Sequence record: MN882349.1 | Direction: 5' to 3' (one strand) | Length of the DNA stretch: 64,000 nt | Origin: Escherichia phage Ec_Makalu_003 | Part shown: positions 35,059 to 44,702 of the stretch, one piece after another | Position numbering within the stretch: the first letter of the stretch is position 1 | Layout of the letters: every line of letters starts with the position of its first letter | Notes under the pieces: generated by a model | Databases searched by the model: none | Told to the model about the DNA's origin: nothing | What the model saw: only the letters and a program-made list of their open reading frames with translations | Program-made: the position numbers and the translations under genes

Positions 35059-37302
35059 TTACAGTTTGCAAGATGAACATTCGCTAGCGTCTTCCGTACC
35101 ATCAGCACCATCACGCACGTTAGCGTAATACAGTGTCTTGAGGCCGTAATATTGAGCAAACAGCATATCATCTAACACATCAGCAATATCGACTTTACCA
35201 GTCTTATAAGTGCTTGGATCATAGGATGTATTGGAACTGATCGCCTGATCTACAAACTTCTGCATGATCGCTGCCAGTGTCAGATAAGGTTTGTTACCCT
35301 TCTTGATCAGTGTCCAAAGCAGGTCAATAACATCAGCATTATTCTCTACGTTCGGAATAACCTGATTAAATTGCCCTTCTTTCGATCCTTTAACCGATAC
35401 AATCCCGCGAGGCGGTTCTATTCCATTGGTGCTATTAGATACCTGAGAAGACGACTCACAAGGCATCAGCGCCGATAGTGTACTGTTACGAATGCCATAT
35501 TTTTTCAGGTCTTCGCGCAGTTCTTCCCAATCCATTTCATACACCGGGTCAACCAGTTCATCTACTGTCTTTTTGTACCAGTCAATAGGAAGTTCACCGC
35601 GACCATAACGTGTTTCGTGCATCAGTTCGCAAGCGCCCTTCTCTTTTGCTAGCTGCACACTAGCTTTAATCAGAGCATATTGCAAGCGTTCAAACGTTTT
35701 ATGCGTAAACTCGTTAGCGTCTTCATATGTGAAGAAATTATCCGCCAGATATGATGCAAAGTTAGTCACACCAACACCCAGAGAGCGACGTTTTTTGGCT
35801 GTCAGTGCTTGTTCTACAGGATAATCCTGGTAATCTAACAAGTTGTCAAGCGCACGCACCATAACCATAGCGATCCGCTCTACTTCTTCCATATTTTCGA
35901 TATCGAAATTACCTAAAACATATGCTGCCAAAGTACACAGAGCAATTTCGGAGTCATCATGCCCCATTGGTTTAGTAGGCAGTGCAATTTCACAACACAG
36001 GTTAGATTGTTTAATCGGTGCTACATTACGAATAAACGCCCCGTGATTGTTCATGTTGTCTGTGAACGCTGGATAGATTCGACCAGTGTTAAAACGTTCA
36101 ATTGCCACCGCTAAAAACAGGTCTTCGGCTTTAACACGAGTTTTACGAACACTCGGATCTTTTTCCAGTTTTTCATAAAGCTGGCGGAATCCTTCCTCAT
36201 CTCGGAAGTACAGATCCCACAACAAGCCACCCGCAACATCTGGACTAAACAGAGTAATGTAATCACGTTTAAGGAATCGCTCTACCATCAGGTTATTAAT
36301 CTGTACGCCGTAATCAAGATGACGAATGCGGTTATCTTCTACCCCTTTGTTGTTCTTCAACACAATAAGACTTTCAAACTCTAAATGCCACATTGGGTAA
36401 TAGAGAGTCGCCGCCCCGCCACGAATACCGCCTTGTGAGCATGACTTAACGGCAGTCTGAAAATGCTTCCAGAATGGGATAACGCCAGTATGACGAACTT
36501 CACCATGCCCGATCTTAGATCCTTCCGCGCGAATCATACCAGCATTGATACCGATACCAGCACGCTTACTAATATACTTGATGATTGCATTTGCTGTTTC
36601 GTTGATGCCCTGCAATGAGTCATCACTTTCAATCACCACACACGAACTAAATTGTCGTGTTGGAGTACGCACACCAGCCATAATCGGAGTAGGCAGAGAA
36701 ATTTGCTTATTCGCAACAGCATTATAAAAATCAATCACATGTTCGAGTCGATTTTCTGTCTCTTCTTGATGTAAACACATACCGATCAGCATATACGCAA
36801 ATTGCGGTGTTTCAATGATTTTCTTAGTGCTGCGATCCTGAACAAGATATTTCTCTTTTAACTGCATCGCACCAGCATAGGTCATTTTAAAGTCAAGTTT
36901 ATGGTCGATGAATTTCTCCAGATATTCCACTTCTTCACGGGAATACTTTTGCAGAATTTCGCGATCATATTTTCCGGTTGCAATATTACGCTCAATATGG
37001 CTGTAAAAATCAATAGGTTGGAATTGACCGTATACTGATTTACGAAGCGCGAACATTGCAAGGTTACTTGCTACATATTGATAATCAGGCGTTTCTACCG
37101 TGATGTTATCTGCGGCGACCTTAATCAATACTTTCTGGATATCGTTGGTAGACATACCTTCTGTCAGAAGTGGTTCAACCATATCAAACAATTCATATGG
37201 ATCAACGTTATGACCTTCGGCTGCCGCTTCCAGAATTTTCATTACTTTTTCTTTTTCAAACGGAACAGTCAGACCGGAAGACTTAACAACATTTTTAATC
37301 AT
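35059..37302 (-). CDS. nrdA: ribonucleotide reductase large subunit
   Basis: 747 aa; N-terminal ATP-cone-like region and catalytic Cys/Glu-rich core typical of class Ia NrdA. Confidence 0.9.
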   Translation of the reverse strand: MIKNVVKSSGLTVPFEKEKVMKILEAAAEGHNVDPYELFDMVEPLLTEGMSTNDIQKVLIKVAADNITVETPDYQYVASNLAMFALRKSVYGQFQPIDFYSHIERNIATGKYDREILQKYSREEVEYLEKFIDHKLDFKMTYAGAMQLKEKYLVQDRSTKKIIETPQFAYMLIGMCLHQEETENRLEHVIDFYNAVANKQISLPTPIMAGVRTPTRQFSSCVVIESDDSLQGINETANAIIKYISKRAGIGINAGMIRAEGSKIGHGEVRHTGVIPFWKHFQTAVKSCSQGGIRGGAATLYYPMWHLEFESLIVLKNNKGVEDNRIRHLDYGVQINNLMVERFLKRDYITLFSPDVAGGLLWDLYFRDEEGFRQLYEKLEKDPSVRKTRVKAEDLFLAVAIERFNTGRIYPAFTDNMNNHGAFIRNVAPIKQSNLCCEIALPTKPMGHDDSEIALCTLAAYVLGNFDIENMEEVERIAMVMVRALDNLLDYQDYPVEQALTAKKRRSLGVGVTNFASYLADNFFTYEDANEFTHKTFERLQYALIKASVQLAKEKGACELMHETRYGRGELPIDWYKKTVDELVDPVYEMDWEELREDLKKYGIRNSTLSALMPCESSSQVSNSTNGIEPPRGIVSVKGSKEGQFNQVIPNVENNADVIDLLWTLIKKGNKPYLTLAAIMQKFVDQAISSNTSYDPSTYKTGKVDIADVLDDMLFAQYYGLKTLYYANVRDGADGTEDASECSSCKL

Positions 37303-37313
37303 ATTACCTCACT

Positions 37314-37616
37314 TCATATATCAAGCGTATTTTCTGGAGTATCGCCGAAAACTCTATTAACGAGATCCGCCAATACTTCACCGTGGCATTTCTTAGGGTA
37401 GCAAGTACAACCTAAGCGCATATGTCTTAATACTTCTAAATGCGCCCGTGTTATCTCACCATTTCGAATCTTATTATACAACCACTCTTTGTATAATGCA
37501 ATAGCTTTCTCTCGTCCGTATTCTTTGGCGGTGTATGGATTTCCCCACATAGTACCACGCTGAATATTAACATCAAAATCGCTATTGTATTTGTTTACAA
37601 CGCGGCATATTTTCAT
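37314..37616 (-). CDS. hypothetical protein, 100 aa
   Basis: ORF preceded by a GC palindrome directly abutting its SD. Confidence 0.5.
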   Translation of the reverse strand: MKICRVVNKYNSDFDVNIQRGTMWGNPYTAKEYGREKAIALYKEWLYNKIRNGEITRAHLEVLRHMRLGCTCYPKKCHGEVLADLVNRVFGDTPENTLDI

Positions 37617-37652
37617 TTGATACTCCTTGCGGGGATTCCTCCCCGCAATTGT

Positions 37653-38885
37653 TTATACTGCCATTTGAGCGGTGATCGCTGGATGGCTTTGATAGTTGTG
37701 AATTTTAAAGTCTTTCGGAGTTTTTGTCAATACCTCATCTAAAGATTTAAATTCCGGCAACTCAATTGTTGGTTTATCAAACGGAACACGGCTTAACTGT
37801 TCCATCACTTGGTCAAAGTGATTTTTGTAAATGTGAGTATCTCCGCCGGAGAAAATCAGTTCTCCTACTTCGAGATCACACATTTTCGCTATGATGTGAG
37901 TTAACAGCGCATAGCTGGCGACGTTAAAGGGCAAACCCAAAAAGCTGTCTACGCTTCGCTGAAACCACATACAAGACAGTTTACCCTCATTGACATAGAA
38001 TTGCACGAACGGATGACATACACCTAATACAGCATTATGTGTTCCTTGTACGTTCCATGAGTCAATGATGATACGTCGATCCGTTGGATTGTTTTTAATT
38101 TGTTCAATCACGTTTTGTAACTGGTCTTCCCAAATCTTCGGGCGATAGACATATTCTTCATCGTCTTTAGTGCTCGATGTGTCTATGTCCATACTAGCAA
38201 AGATCGTGGTATCCGGTGCTAAAATGTCACCGCCTAGATAATCACTATCAAGCAGATAACCGAAATAACCATCATCTACCCATTCCTGGAATCCCCACAA
38301 GCAATATGCATCATTAACAAAATTAGATTGAGTCTTCCAGTGGTCCGCTACTAAGAATTGATTATATTCAGAATCAAACTCTTCATAACGCATACCACGC
38401 CAGATAGCACATAAACGCTCTTCTGTGTCATTGTTTGGCGTAAAGTCTTCTACCCACGGGTGTTTAAATGTATGTGTATATTTGCTCTTAACGCGCTTAA
38501 TTTTGATTTCACCGTGTGGATGAATCGGTTTGCGTCGCCACGCCATACCATACATATTGCCGACATTATAACCATTGAATCGCAAGGGATTCTTTTCTTT
38601 CATATCAAGACAGTTGCCGCGCCAAATATCAAATGCTTCCTCGTCAAACTTTCCGCGTGTAATTTCCTGTAAGCGACGGCGGTCAAGTGATCCCTCCATA
38701 AACCATAGCAATTCGCCAATTACAGAGGCTGTAGCCATCTTTTTAGTGGTCAGTAATGGGAAACCCTTGCTTAAATCAATTCGCATCTCTGTGCCGAATT
38801 TAGAGAGCGTACCTACCCCCGTGCGGTCTTCACGAGGCCAGCCATTATCAAGAACATCACGCAATAGTTTCAAATATTCTTTCAT
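37653..38885 (-). CDS. td: thymidylate synthase with a large internal insertion
   Basis: DRTGVGT, FPLLTTKK, DRRIIIDSWN, CHPF, LGLPFNVASYALL; 410 aa versus about 286 in T4. Confidence 0.8.
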   Translation of the reverse strand: MKEYLKLLRDVLDNGWPREDRTGVGTLSKFGTEMRIDLSKGFPLLTTKKMATASVIGELLWFMEGSLDRRRLQEITRGKFDEEAFDIWRGNCLDMKEKNPLRFNGYNVGNMYGMAWRRKPIHPHGEIKIKRVKSKYTHTFKHPWVEDFTPNNDTEERLCAIWRGMRYEEFDSEYNQFLVADHWKTQSNFVNDAYCLWGFQEWVDDGYFGYLLDSDYLGGDILAPDTTIFASMDIDTSSTKDDEEYVYRPKIWEDQLQNVIEQIKNNPTDRRIIIDSWNVQGTHNAVLGVCHPFVQFYVNEGKLSCMWFQRSVDSFLGLPFNVASYALLTHIIAKMCDLEVGELIFSGGDTHIYKNHFDQVMEQLSRVPFDKPTIELPEFKSLDEVLTKTPKDFKIHNYQSHPAITAQMAV

Positions 38886-39126
38886 CCCACATCACCTTTT
38901 TCTTATTGATTGCTTTCTTACGCAGTTTTGCTACTGTCTCGTCAATATCGATAAAGACAACGCCACGGTCGAATATAGTAGCAGGTCTTGAGATATCGCT
39001 ATTTTCTTGCACAGGAAGCCATGATGCGCTCGCTTCATCATAGAGATATTGTAAACCGTAATAATCTACGGCTACTGCGTAGTTTTCACTGGTAGCCGTC
39101 CATAATTGAATAATACCGATTTTCAT
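38857..39126 (-). CDS. hypothetical protein, about 89 aa
   Basis: ATG at 39126 coupled (TAATG) to the upstream mini-ORF. Confidence 0.4.
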   Translation of the reverse strand: MKIGIIQLWTATSENYAVAVDYYGLQYLYDEASASWLPVQENSDISRPATIFDRGVVFIDIDETVAKLRKKAINKKKVMWDERIFETIA

Positions 39127-39218
39127 TATTGTTCCCGTCCGCAATGTAAGCACCGACTACCAGCAAACATCAAAGATTCACCACAATGTTTGCACTCATA
39201 ATCTGTAAGAATTTTCAT
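39126..39218 (-). CDS. zinc-ribbon mini-protein, 30 aa
   Basis: MKILTDYECKHCGESLMFAGSRCLHCGREQ; sits between frd and the next ORF. Confidence 0.3.
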   Translation of the reverse strand: MKILTDYECKHCGESLMFAGSRCLHCGREQ

Positions 39219-39219
39219 G

Positions 39220-39789
39220 TTACGCCTTCTTACGTTCTAAAATTTGTTCGCTGATCAGGTAATTATCAAGGAAGTAATTATGTTCTTCTTTGGTTACAAA
39301 GTCAAAATACAATTCCTGAATCATTTCCTTAGAGATACCAACATCATATTCAAATGGATCGTTGACCCCTGATCGTTGAACATACGTTAACACAATACGG
39401 TCCGCAAAGTCAACCGCTTTTTCAATCAGGGAAGGTCCGCCGATAACACTTACCAAACCTTGCGTTTTCTCCAGGACTTTTAACAGATCCTTTAATTCAA
39501 TTCCAGTATACACATTAGGCTGGTCGCCGTTTTTGGCTTTCGGTGTCGGCTTGCTGGCATCGGTACTAATAACCACATTAAGACGACCTTCCAGTGCTTT
39601 AGGGAGACTTTCAAAGGTATTACGTCCCATTACAACCGCCGCAAGATCAACATCTCCCATAGTGCGCATTTTAAAGTTTTCCATGTCCTTTTTGATTGGA
39701 CGACCCCACGGTAAACCGCCTTTAAAACCAAAAGCCCAATTTTCATCTGACATTTTAGTGTCACCAATCGCAAATACACATTGAATCAT
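39220..39789 (-). CDS. frd: dihydrofolate reductase
   Basis: GLPWGRP and VVMGRNTFESLP DHFR motifs. Confidence 0.8.
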   Translation of the reverse strand: MIQCVFAIGDTKMSDENWAFGFKGGLPWGRPIKKDMENFKMRTMGDVDLAAVVMGRNTFESLPKALEGRLNVVISTDASKPTPKAKNGDQPNVYTGIELKDLLKVLEKTQGLVSVIGGPSLIEKAVDFADRIVLTYVQRSGVNDPFEYDVGISKEMIQELYFDFVTKEEHNYFLDNYLISEQILERKKA

Positions 39790-39804
39790 AATATAAATCT
39801 CCCA

Positions 39805-40134
39805 TCAAATCAGTTTGAAATAGTTTTCGTTTACATTTTCTTCTGTGATTGCTGTCTTAAATTCAGCTTCATCATCAGGCGAAACATAATAGCGTTCGGA
39901 ATAATCACGCCACATTTTCAGTAAGCTAACACCAACATTAACACCGTTTTCCCAGAAACGGAATACAATTTTATGTGCGGTGTAACGGTAATCACTTTGA
40001 ATCAAGCTACCATCCCCGCGACGGGCTTCATAAACCGTAATACATTCACGATTAGCGGCTTTAAGGCATTCTTCAATAGTTCCGCATGAGACAATTTCGG
40101 TTGATTCGTCTACGATTTTTTCTACTGTCCACAT
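39805..40134 (-). CDS. hypothetical protein, 109 aa
   Basis: ORF after a PeSL-family promoter. Confidence 0.5.
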   Translation of the reverse strand: MWTVEKIVDESTEIVSCGTIEECLKAANRECITVYEARRGDGSLIQSDYRYTAHKIVFRFWENGVNVGVSLLKMWRDYSERYYVSPDDEAEFKTAITEENVNENYFKLI

Positions 40135-40165
40135 AATATAATCCTCTCTTTGTTTCGATGTTTGT

Positions 40166-40193
40166 ATTATACATCATCTGTATTCGGTGTCAA
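40166..40193 (-). promoter_or_regulatory. early promoter, PeSL family without a clear stem
   Basis: TTGACA, 16 nt, TATAAT. Confidence 0.5.
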
Positions 40194-40519
40194 CCTTTTT
40201 GTTCCATGAAAAGCGGTGCTGTTTCTTCTTTCAGTTTAATAACTAGCGCGGAAACTTCATCAAGAAAATCTTTTTCCATATGAGCAAGCATTGATTTAGA
40301 ATCTTTGATGACTTTCAAAGAATATTCACTTAGATTTCCTTTTCCTAACAATAATGCAGGATACACACTATGTGGGATCTCGATTTCATGATATTCGCTC
40401 ATAGTATAATATTTGTGAATTTTTAAATCTATATTTCTTCGTTGTACGTCCACATCAGCAATGACATACAGAAGTTCGATTTTATCACTTTTCTGGGAAA
40501 GGGTAGCATTCAAAAACAT
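40190..40519 (-). CDS. hypothetical protein, 109 aa
   Basis: ATG at 40519 preceded by GGAGGA. Confidence 0.5.
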   Translation of the reverse strand: MFLNATLSQKSDKIELLYVIADVDVQRRNIDLKIHKYYTMSEYHEIEIPHSVYPALLLGKGNLSEYSLKVIKDSKSMLAHMEKDFLDEVSALVIKLKEETAPLFMEQKG

Positions 40520-40549
40520 TGTTAATCCTCCGTTGTTTCGATGTGTGGT

Positions 40550-40577
40550 ATTATACATTACCGCGCCAGAATGTCAA
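40550..40577 (-). promoter_or_regulatory. early promoter, PeSL family
   Basis: TTGACA, 16 nt, TATAAT. Confidence 0.5.
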
Positions 40578-40638
40578 TATATTTTTCATAAAAATTTAGG
40601 CAATAAAAAGCCTCCCCGAAGGAAGGCTTTAAAATTCA

Positions 40639-41613
40639 TTACATCCCTAACAGAGCGTCAAGATCATCCAGATCAGAAGCGGAGGAAGTACCGCCACCCA
40701 GGTCCAGAGATGCCATCAGGTCATCAGCGGAAGAATCTAACGCCGTGCTAGCTGCGTTAATACCAACTACAGTGCTAGCTGCGGTAGTACCAGCGTCGAA
40801 TGCATTCATCTGTGCGTCAAAATCATCAAGCTGGCTGTTAATCGCTGCCGCAGCACTGGAAGCCGCAGCACCAGCTACCATAGAAACGCCCATAGTTTTC
40901 TTAAATTTGGTTTCCAGTTCATCGAACGGTTTAAACTGGCTAGGCGCTACAATCTCACTCAGATCAACCATGTTTTCCATCAGATATTTCTGATATGCTT
41001 CGTCTTCAATTTTCGGAAGCTGTGATTGCTGCATGAAACGAGAATCATCATAGTTCTGGTGTTTATCAACCTTCTTAGCTTTCAGGAGGAAGTTAGCACC
41101 GGAGAACACACAAGTTACATCTACCGGAACTTCGCCCATGTCGGTATTCACGTTAACCATCGCAACGATCTTATCATAAATTTTCTGACCGAAGCGGAAT
41201 TTAAATACCTTACCTTCGTTTTCTGGTGCTTGAGGATCTTTCAGTACCAGAATGTTTGCGTAGTAAGACGCTTTACGCTTAATCAGTTGCCATTCGGTTT
41301 TATCGGTATTGTACAAATCTTTTTCGTTAATATATTTGCACACAGGGCAAGAATCAAAATCACCGTGGGTGCTGGAGCAGTTTTCCCAATACCATTTTCC
41401 ATTAACTTTGAAGGAATGGTTTACCAGTTTCACAATCGGCAGACCGTCTTCTGTCTTAGACGGCAGGAAGCGAATCAGGGCTTCACCGTTACCTGCTGCA
41501 TCAGTCTTAATCTTCCACTCTTTCGGGTCTTCTTTGGAGAAACCGTTGCCACCTTTCAGTGCGGCCAGTTGAGCTTGCAGTTTGGAAGAATCTTGGCGTT
41601 TAAACATATTCAC
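40639..41613 (-). CDS. 32: single-stranded DNA-binding protein gp32
   Basis: [24 protein letters not shown] and acidic C-terminal tail match T4 gp32. Confidence 0.9.
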   Translation of the reverse strand: MNMFKRQDSSKLQAQLAALKGGNGFSKEDPKEWKIKTDAAGNGEALIRFLPSKTEDGLPIVKLVNHSFKVNGKWYWENCSSTHGDFDSCPVCKYINEKDLYNTDKTEWQLIKRKASYYANILVLKDPQAPENEGKVFKFRFGQKIYDKIVAMVNVNTDMGEVPVDVTCVFSGANFLLKAKKVDKHQNYDDSRFMQQSQLPKIEDEAYQKYLMENMVDLSEIVAPSQFKPFDELETKFKKTMGVSMVAGAAASSAAAAINSQLDDFDAQMNAFDAGTTAASTVVGINAASTALDSSADDLMASLDLGGGTSSASDLDDLDALLGM

Positions 41614-41667
41614 TATTCCTTCTTTTGATTAATTTACGAGACTATTATACAGATTTAAATTTACTTG

Positions 41668-42348
41668 TCAACTATTTGTTTCGGCTTTTAATTGAGATAT
41701 TTCTTTACACTCTTTAACGACTTTAACAAATAATGCTCTTGCTTTTGCGGCGTCAATAACAAGTAGTTTCTTGTACGCCTTCATTTTAACACTATAAGTT
41801 TGCCAAATCAAGTCTTTGGCTACCTTGTCGTGTTCGTCGATTATATTTAGAAAGCTATCTAACAACATAAACGACTCAAACGATATAATCCGATTTTGCA
41901 GTAGTTTAAAGATACCGCTAGTTTCGGTTGCGGGATTGTATGTAATTAGCTCTTTAAGAGTAACCCCGCGTTTCTCGGAGAAGTATACCAGACTTTTAAC
42001 GTCATCGTCAAATCTTGTTGCTGCATCGGTTATCTTTCCTATGTATTCCATATAAAAGCCGTATGCGTCAACATCAGTGATTTCACCTACCCATGCATCG
42101 GTATTAGCTACCAGATTGCTTAGGAATAGGAAGTATAATTCTCTTAGATTGTACTTTTCCGCTAATTTTGCGAAATAATACTTATCTCTGCGTTTATTGA
42201 ATGCGGCATCAGACAACCGCATCCTCCAATTGTATTTTACGCAATCATAACGCCCGTTCATATGAGCTTTCATCATGCAATATAACATATACACAGATTT
42301 AGCATTAATTCGCATATCTGGATCTGGAGGAAGACGGTTTCTGATCAT
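41668..42348 (-). CDS. 59: helicase loader gp59
   Basis: KSVYMLYCMMKAHMNGRYDCVKYNWRMRLSDAAFNKRRDKYYF closely parallels T4 gp59. Confidence 0.85.
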   Translation of the reverse strand: MIRNRLPPDPDMRINAKSVYMLYCMMKAHMNGRYDCVKYNWRMRLSDAAFNKRRDKYYFAKLAEKYNLRELYFLFLSNLVANTDAWVGEITDVDAYGFYMEYIGKITDAATRFDDDVKSLVYFSEKRGVTLKELITYNPATETSGIFKLLQNRIISFESFMLLDSFLNIIDEHDKVAKDLIWQTYSVKMKAYKKLLVIDAAKARALFVKVVKECKEISQLKAETNS

Positions 42349-42357
42349 ACATACCCC

Positions 42358-42627
42358 TTAAATATCGAGAGTGTTGGTCGGTTCGTCGATCACTCCCTTC
42401 CTGAGCGTTCTATTTACTATACATTCTTGTGTGATCTTGTCAATAATGGACACCGGAATATACTTCTGATAGTGACCATATTCGATAGAGTTTTCCTCTA
42501 CAAACTGAGTTGTCGCTTCAAGATAAGTCAATCCCTCTTCAACAACCAGTTTTTCGATTGCAAGACCGTTTGCTGTTTTGTTCGCGGCTTTTACCGCATG
42601 TTCATTAAGCATTGAACACCCGATCAT
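42358..42627 (-). CDS. 33: late transcription co-activator gp33
   Basis: YLEATTQFVEENSI matches the T4 gp33 core. Confidence 0.75.
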   Translation of the reverse strand: MIGCSMLNEHAVKAANKTANGLAIEKLVVEEGLTYLEATTQFVEENSIEYGHYQKYIPVSIIDKITQECIVNRTLRKGVIDEPTNTLDI

Positions 42628-42880
42628 AGAGTTCTACCGCTTCGTCGCGTTCTGCTTCGAAGGTTTCGCGCTGTTGCTGGTGATATAGTTTAAACAGAAT
42701 ACCCCACATTTTACCATCTACGCCTAATTCTTCTTTAGCACGCTGTTTGATCTCTTTGATCTTATCGCCATATGCTTCTTGAATGGTTTTCTGATCGCTG
42801 GCTTCTTTAATCAGTTGTGCCAGTGTATTTCCGTGTACTGCTTCATCAAATACTACTTTTTCTTTTTTCTGTTCAGTCAT
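42605..42880 (-). CDS. dsbA: dsDNA-binding protein DsbA-like (by position)
   Basis: 91 aa ORF in the T4 dsbA slot. Confidence 0.55.
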   Translation of the reverse strand: MTEQKKEKVVFDEAVHGNTLAQLIKEASDQKTIQEAYGDKIKEIKQRAKEELGVDGKMWGILFKLYHQQQRETFEAERDEAVELYDRVFNA

Positions 42881-42884
42881 AATA

Positions 42885-43484
42885 TTAACCCTCTTTAGTC
42901 ATTAATTGAAAACCACGTTCAGCTTTTGAGATTTCGCTAGGACGTAAATCATCACCTACATATTCTAGCATCATTTCTCTGATAATGTCAAGTGCTTTTT
43001 CATCACCTGATTTTAACTCGAACTCAAGTTCATAATGAGCAGTGTCGCCCAATCCTTCGCCTACTTTGCCATAATAGAAAGTGTCTTTGCACATTTCCAC
43101 TATACCACAACCCATATCTAGAGTCAATGACTTGCGATATGTCATTACTTGCATTATTGTAGTGATATAGTCTGAGTTTACCTCTAGACTATCAATAAAA
43201 TGGACGAACTCATCCCAATTTGAAAATGTCGTTTCCTCGCGGTTGAATAGTCCAGATTCATTATCACCAATTTTGACCATGATCTCTGATTTTCTACAGT
43301 CAAGTCGTGCATAAATTCCTTTTTGACGTAGCGCATGGTCTTCGGTATCATAATAAAATTCGTGTTTTAATATGTTATCTCGATCTACGATATTATAACC
43401 GTCATACATTGCCACCCACAAATCACAGATGGTTTCGACGCCAATTTGTGAGTGTGCATAGTATTTTAACTCAAGTTCTTTCAT
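42885..43484 (-). CDS. CYTH-like (triphosphate tunnel metalloenzyme) protein
   Basis: N-terminal ELELKYYA (ExExK), YARLD, NREETTF, C-terminal HYELEFELK (ExE), about 200 aa. Confidence 0.55.
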   Translation of the reverse strand: MKELELKYYAHSQIGVETICDLWVAMYDGYNIVDRDNILKHEFYYDTEDHALRQKGIYARLDCRKSEIMVKIGDNESGLFNREETTFSNWDEFVHFIDSLEVNSDYITTIMQVMTYRKSLTLDMGCGIVEMCKDTFYYGKVGEGLGDTAHYELEFELKSGDEKALDIIREMMLEYVGDDLRPSEISKAERGFQLMTKEG

Positions 43485-43494
43485 GTGTCAACCC

Positions 43495-44442
43495 TTAGAA
43501 CTCACCAATTTTCTGCAACATTTTAACTAACGCATTTGTTACAAAATAGTTATAAATTTTACCGCGTGGTGCTGGTTTAGATTTTTCCCATGCTAACAAA
43601 ATTTCATATTCGATGTTATCAGGAATAAATTCAAAATCAATAAGTTCGCGGTTTTCGTCAAAGCGTTGTGCTTCTTCCTCTGTCATCAAAGACTTTGGAT
43701 CTTCGGCATCGAAAATTTGCTCTAACCATTTGGTTGCAATTGGTTTAGCTCGTTCCCCTTCCAGCCGTGAGATAATGAAATCACTACGGCACTTGATGGA
43801 AGCTACACCGTCTTTTGCGTCACCCTTAACACATTTTACCATAAGGTCTTTGTAAGGACTACCATATTTGCATTTCTTCCATGCTTTCTGTACTGGTGCC
43901 CACTGTTTCACGTTTTTGTATTTGTGCAACTGTGTGTAGTCACCATCGCCGGAGTTGATTAGCACCTGGCGACCTTCTACAGAAAACTTTTTAGTTAACA
44001 CAGCGATTATATCGTCTGCCTCAACTTTGTCAACCTTAATAACGTGATAAGGCATGTTCTCTTTAAACTCTTCGGTGATCTTATTGATCGCAGCAAAGAT
44101 CATCTCCCAATCACGCGGATCTGCGTCTCGCTTTTCCTTACGGTTACGCTTGTAATAAGGTGCGATATCACGTCGCCAGTAACCTTTGCTAGAGTCAAAG
44201 GCAAGTACCGTAATCGGGTATTGCTCTTTGAATTTTGTCATATTATAACGCATGGTGTCAAGGATAAGATGACGGATCATACCTTCATTAATCGGATCTT
44301 CCGGCTTAAATGTATGAGAGATAGTAGCAATCATAAGCTGCGACATATCAATCAAATGCACACCTTCCGGCAGTTTATCTTCTGGATCATCGAAGAAATC
44401 ATTAAGTGTAGCGGTAGTTTTTGTAAACGGGTTATACGTCAT
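43495..44442 (-). CDS. rnh: RNase H (5'-3' exonuclease, FEN-like)
   Basis: GYWRRD, ADDIIAV, SGDGDYTQLHKYKNVKQW, PRGKIYNYFV parallel T4 RNase H. Confidence 0.85.
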   Translation of the reverse strand: MTYNPFTKTTATLNDFFDDPEDKLPEGVHLIDMSQLMIATISHTFKPEDPINEGMIRHLILDTMRYNMTKFKEQYPITVLAFDSSKGYWRRDIAPYYKRNRKEKRDADPRDWEMIFAAINKITEEFKENMPYHVIKVDKVEADDIIAVLTKKFSVEGRQVLINSGDGDYTQLHKYKNVKQWAPVQKAWKKCKYGSPYKDLMVKCVKGDAKDGVASIKCRSDFIISRLEGERAKPIATKWLEQIFDAEDPKSLMTEEEAQRFDENRELIDFEFIPDNIEYEILLAWEKSKPAPRGKIYNYFVTNALVKMLQKIGEF

Positions 44443-44444
44443 AA

Positions 44445-44657
44445 TTAAGTTCTCTCCACTCTCACAACAACATATTCGCCAAACGAGTTAGATACTTCAC
44501 GGTCATACCCGTATTTCTCCATAACTCGCAGAATTGCATTGTTTAATTCAGCACGGAAATAATTGTAATCCTTATCTGGGATTCTGTCAACTATCCATTT
44601 TGCACCGTCTGACAAATCAACTTTAACCATAATATCATCCTCTTTTGTTTCTATCAA
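44445..44657 (-). CDS. hypothetical protein, 70 aa
   Basis: ORF abutting the rnh end. Confidence 0.45.
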   Translation of the reverse strand: MIETKEDDIMVKVDLSDGAKWIVDRIPDKDYNYFRAELNNAILRVMEKYGYDREVSNSFGEYVVVRVERT

Positions 44658-44666
44658 GCCTCATTT

Positions 44667-44674
44667 TATAAATA
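44667..44674 (+). promoter_or_regulatory. T4-type late promoter TATAAATA upstream of gene 34
   Basis: exact TATAAATA about 30 nt before the gp34 ATG, followed by AAGGAGA. Confidence 0.55.
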
Positions 44675-44702
44675 TGAACATACTATAAAAGGAGACCCAA
44701 TA

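Noticed and set aside
37653-38885. td insertion as an intein or embedded homing endonuclease
   Set aside because: The insertion lacks intein boundary residues (N-terminal Cys/Ser, C-terminal His-Asn followed by Cys/Ser/Thr) and endonuclease motifs; more likely an accessory insertion.
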